64,000 nucleotides of DNA from the human T2T-CHM13v2.0 reference genome, Homo sapiens. Positions within the stretch are counted from its first letter, which is position 1, and every line of letters begins with the position of its first letter. Where the stretch lies: NCBI RefSeq assembly GCF_009914755.1, contig NC_060935.1. One strand, given 5' to 3'. Positions 60,221 through 64,000 of this stretch are shown here, piece by piece. The notes under the pieces are model-generated. The model did not search any database, was not told the origin of the DNA, and was given only the letters and a program-made list of their open reading frames with translations. A program made the translations under genes and the position numbers.

Positions 60221-62529
60221 TGTATTAGTATATTTTCATGCTGCTGATAATGACATACCCAAGACTGGACAACTTACCAAAGAAAGAGGTTTAATGGACT
60301 TACAGTTCCACATGGCTAGGGAGGCCTCACAATCATGGCAGATGGCAGGGAGGAGCAAGTCACGTCTTACATGGATGGCAGCAGGCAAAGAGAGAGAGAA
60401 CTTGTGCAGGGGAACTCCTCTTATAAAACCATCAGATCTTGTGAGACTTATTCACTGTCATGAGAACAGCATGGGAAAGACTTGCCCCCATGATTTAATT
60501 ACCTCCTACTGGGTCCGTCCCACAACACGTAGGAAATCAAGATGAGATTTGGGTGGGGACACAGCCAGTCTATATTATTCTGCCCCTGCCCCCCCCCAAA
60601 TCTCATGTCCTCATATTTAAAAACCAATCATGCTTTTTCAGTGTCCCCCAGATTCTTAACTCACTTTATCATTAACTCAAAAGTCCACAGTCCAAAGTCC
60701 CATCTGAGACAAGGCAGTCTCATCTGAGAAAAGGCAAGTCTCTTCTCCCTATGAGCCTGTAAAATCAAAAGCAAGTTAGTTACTTCCTAGATACAACGGG
60801 GGTACAGGCATTGGGTAAATACAGCCATTCCAGATGGAAGAAATTGGCCAAAACAAAGGGGCTACATGCCCCATACAAGTCAAAAATTCAGCAGGGCAGT
60901 CAAATCTTAATGTTACAAAATCATCTCCTTTGACTCCATGTCTCATATCTGGGTCATGCTGATGCAAGAGATGGGTTCCCATGGTCTTGGCCAGTTCCAC
61001 CCCTGTGGCTTTTCAGGGTACAGCCTCCCTCTGGGCTGCTTTCCAGGCCTTGGTGTCTGAGGCTTTTGCAGGCACACGGTGAAAGCTGTGGGTGGATCTA
61101 CCAATCTGGGGTCTGGACGATTGTGGCTCTCTTCTCATATCTCCACTAGGCAGTGCCCCAGTGGGGACTCTGTGTGGGGGCTTCCACCCCACATTTCCCT
61201 TCCACACTGTCCTAGTAGAAGTTCTCCATGAGCGCCCTGCCTCTGCATCAAAATTCTGCCTGGACCTCCAGGCGTTTATGTACATCATCTGATGCCTAGG
61301 CAGAGGTTCCCAAACCTCAATTCTTGACTTCTGTGCCCCTATAGGCTCAATACCACATGGAAGCTGCCAAGGCTTGAGGCTTGCACCCTCTGAAGCCATG
61401 GCCTGAGCTGTACCTTGGCCCCTTTTAGTCAGGGCTGGAGTGGCTGGGGCATGAGGCACCAGGTCCCTAGACTGCATACAGCAGAGGTACCCCGTGCCTG
61501 GCCCATGAAACCATTTTTTTCCTCCTAGGTCTCTGGGCCTGTGATGGGAAGGGCTGCTGCAAAGGTCTCTGATATGCCCTGGAGACATTTTCCCCATTGT
61601 CTTGGTGATTAACATTTGGCTCCTCGTTGCTTATGCAAATATCTGCAGCTGGCTTGAATTTCTCCTCAGAAAATGGGATTTTATTTTCTATCGCATTGTC
61701 AGGCTGCAAGTTTTCTGAACTTTTATGCTCTGTTTCCCTTATAAAACTGAATGCCTTTAACAGCACCCAAGTCACATCTTGAATGCTTTGCTGCCTAGAA
61801 ATTTCTTCTGCCAGTTACCCTAAATCATCTCTCTCAAGTTCAAAGTTCCACAAATCTCTAGGTCAGGGGCAAAATGCTACCAGTCTCTTTGCTAAAACAT
61901 AACAAGAGTCAACTTTACTCCAGTTCCCAACAAGTTCCTCATCTCCATCTGAGACCACCTCAACCTGAAATTCGTTGTCCATATCGCTATCAGCATTTTG
62001 GGCAAAGCCATTCAACAAGTCTCTAGGAAGCTCCAAACTTTCTCACTTTTTTTTGTTTTCTTCTAATCCCTCCAAACTGTTCCAATCCCTTCCTGTTACC
62101 CGGTTCCAAAGTCTCTTCCACATTTTCAGGTATGTACAGCAGCTCCCCACTCTACTGGTACCAATTTACTGTATTTGTCTGTTTTCATACTGCTGATAAA
62201 GACATACCCAAGACTGGGCAGATTACAAAAAAATAAAAGAGTTTTAATGGACTTACAGTTCCATGTGGCTGGGGAGGCCTCACAATGATAGTGGAAGGCA
62301 AGGAGGAGCAAGTTGCATCTTACATCTTACATGGAGGGCAGCAGGCAAAGAGAAAGAGAACTTGTGCGGGGAACTCATCTTTACAAAACCATCAGATCTT
62401 GTGAGACTTACTCATTGTCATGAGAACAGCACAGGAAAGACTTGCCCCTATGATTCAATTCTGGGTCTCTCCCACAACACATAGGAATTCAAGATGAGAT
62501 TTGGGTGGGGACACAGCCAAACCATGTCA
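60221..62529 (-). mobile_element. Full-length THE1 (THE1B/C-like) MaLR provirus: 3' LTR 60221-60577, internal 60578-62169, 5' LTR 62170-62529
   Basis: Two direct LTRs of about 360 bp, about 1.6-kb THE1-int, purine tract (rc GGGGCAGAA) next to the 3' LTR, TSD GCAAC/GTAAC. Confidence 0.95.
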
Positions 62530-64000
62530 GTAACTAGGAAACTATATTGAACTTCTGGTCACATTTTAATTTGCTCTTTAAGAATATTTATTGATTATCT
62601 ATGCTTTTCAGGCTTTTTTGGATTTTTCAGTTAAGAAGATGAACAAAGACGTCTGCCCTTTGGAGATTGAGGGTGGCATGGGTCAACAACCACCTGTGAC
62701 TCTTGCTGGATTGCTCATCTTCATAATAGCAACACTTCTTATTTGGTCAAAGAATACAATAGGTCCCTGTTGATGCAATCACCTTTGTGTTACCTGAAAG
62801 TCTTAAGAGGGGGTCAAACAAATTCACTGTCTTACTACCTGCACATGGATGCTCGGTGGGTATTTCAAAATAGAGTCCAATAAGTTAAATAATAGTAACT
62901 GTATCTCCTTTGTATCAAATAGGAAACTATTCAGAGAGGTTGATTAGCCCAAGTTCATTCTGTCACTTCCATCAGGTATTTCAACCCAGCTGTCCTAATT
63001 CAAAGTTGTCTATTGTTCTCAGAGTCCTTTGCAAATGACTGTTTTGAGTTGTTCATTTTTTGATTTAGCTATTTAGTTTTATCATTCTAAATATATTATA
63101 AGCCTGCCAATGTCAGGGATCATGTCTCATATTTTTATATTATTCATAGACACTTTCCCGAAGGATGAGAATATAATAGCTGCTTATGAATGCACATGAT
63201 TATATTTTTTCTCATTTTTTAAAAACAGGAGACTTTTAGAGCATGTGTATTAAGTATAAAAAGGTAAATCTTCTAAAGACAGGTGTTAACATTTCTCCAA
63301 TATCTCCCTTTCCATTAACCAGCACATTGGATCTGTAAACAGATGTTCACTAGAACAAAATAGCTACTTACATGTACAATTACCAATTCTGTATGCACCA
63401 GTGAATGCACCAAATTTAGAAAAAGTTGCTAAATATGTTTCATTTTACTGAACTCTATCTTCCCTAAGGGCTGGAAGTCTTGATCTTGCTAGCATGCATT
63501 AGGAAGATAAAGTGCTTCCAATTCATCTCTTGGATTGCCCTGCTGCTGTAGCCTATTTGCTGAAATGGGGGATGGATCTGCTGAAGACTCTTGCACATGT
63601 GTTCCCTACATTTCACAGTTAAAGACTCCAAATTTTCTCTCAATCCTGGGATCAGAGTACAATGGCAGCCAGGAATAATTACATTTGCATGTCTTATCTA
63701 CTGTGATGTTTTCCTCAAGGAAAAGAGAACAGCTTTAGGATACTGAATGCAGAAAATGCAAAGCTTTTAATTCACCTATACATTCTGAGTCTAATCTATC
63801 CAAAGATTCTTTGGAAACAAAACATTCTTTAGTAATCATTTCATAGCATCTGTGTAAGACCTAAGTTTCAATATAAATTATAATTTTTAAATTATGTATT
63901 TCAAAAAGTTGCTTATTAACAATTTAGAGAAAATGTGGTTACAATAATGTGCAACAGAGGCTTTAGGGAAGAACTGAGACTAAGGGCAATATTTTTAAAT

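Overview
AT-rich, CpG-depleted primate genomic DNA. It is almost certainly human, because it carries an AluYb8, a human-specific subfamily. It looks intronic or intergenic and is dominated by interspersed repeats: about 15 Alu/FLAM copies, old L1M fragments, L2/MIR, MaLR LTRs including a full-length THE1 provirus at 60.2-62.5 kb, ERV1 solo LTRs, and hAT/mariner MITEs. I could not recognise any host protein-coding exon. The only long ORF (27371-30211, 946 aa) is the most striking feature. A 5'-truncated L1PA3-like element landed in frame with 19 codons of flanking non-L1 DNA that supply an ATG. The result is an uninterrupted, endonuclease-less ORF2 reading frame (PIP box, RT with FADD, CCHC knuckle) with a frameshifted C-terminal tail. 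The same flank contains a textbook 3' splice site. A CpG-enriched unique segment with a good 5' splice site lies at about 15.7-15.85 kb, and a well-formed 45-nt candidate exon lies at 44.76 kb, all on the + strand. Together these suggest, but do not prove, a host-driven transcript able to express an EN-minus L1 reverse transcriptase. Repeat subfamily names come from recalled consensus motifs, not a RepeatMasker run, and boundaries of old repeats are approximate.
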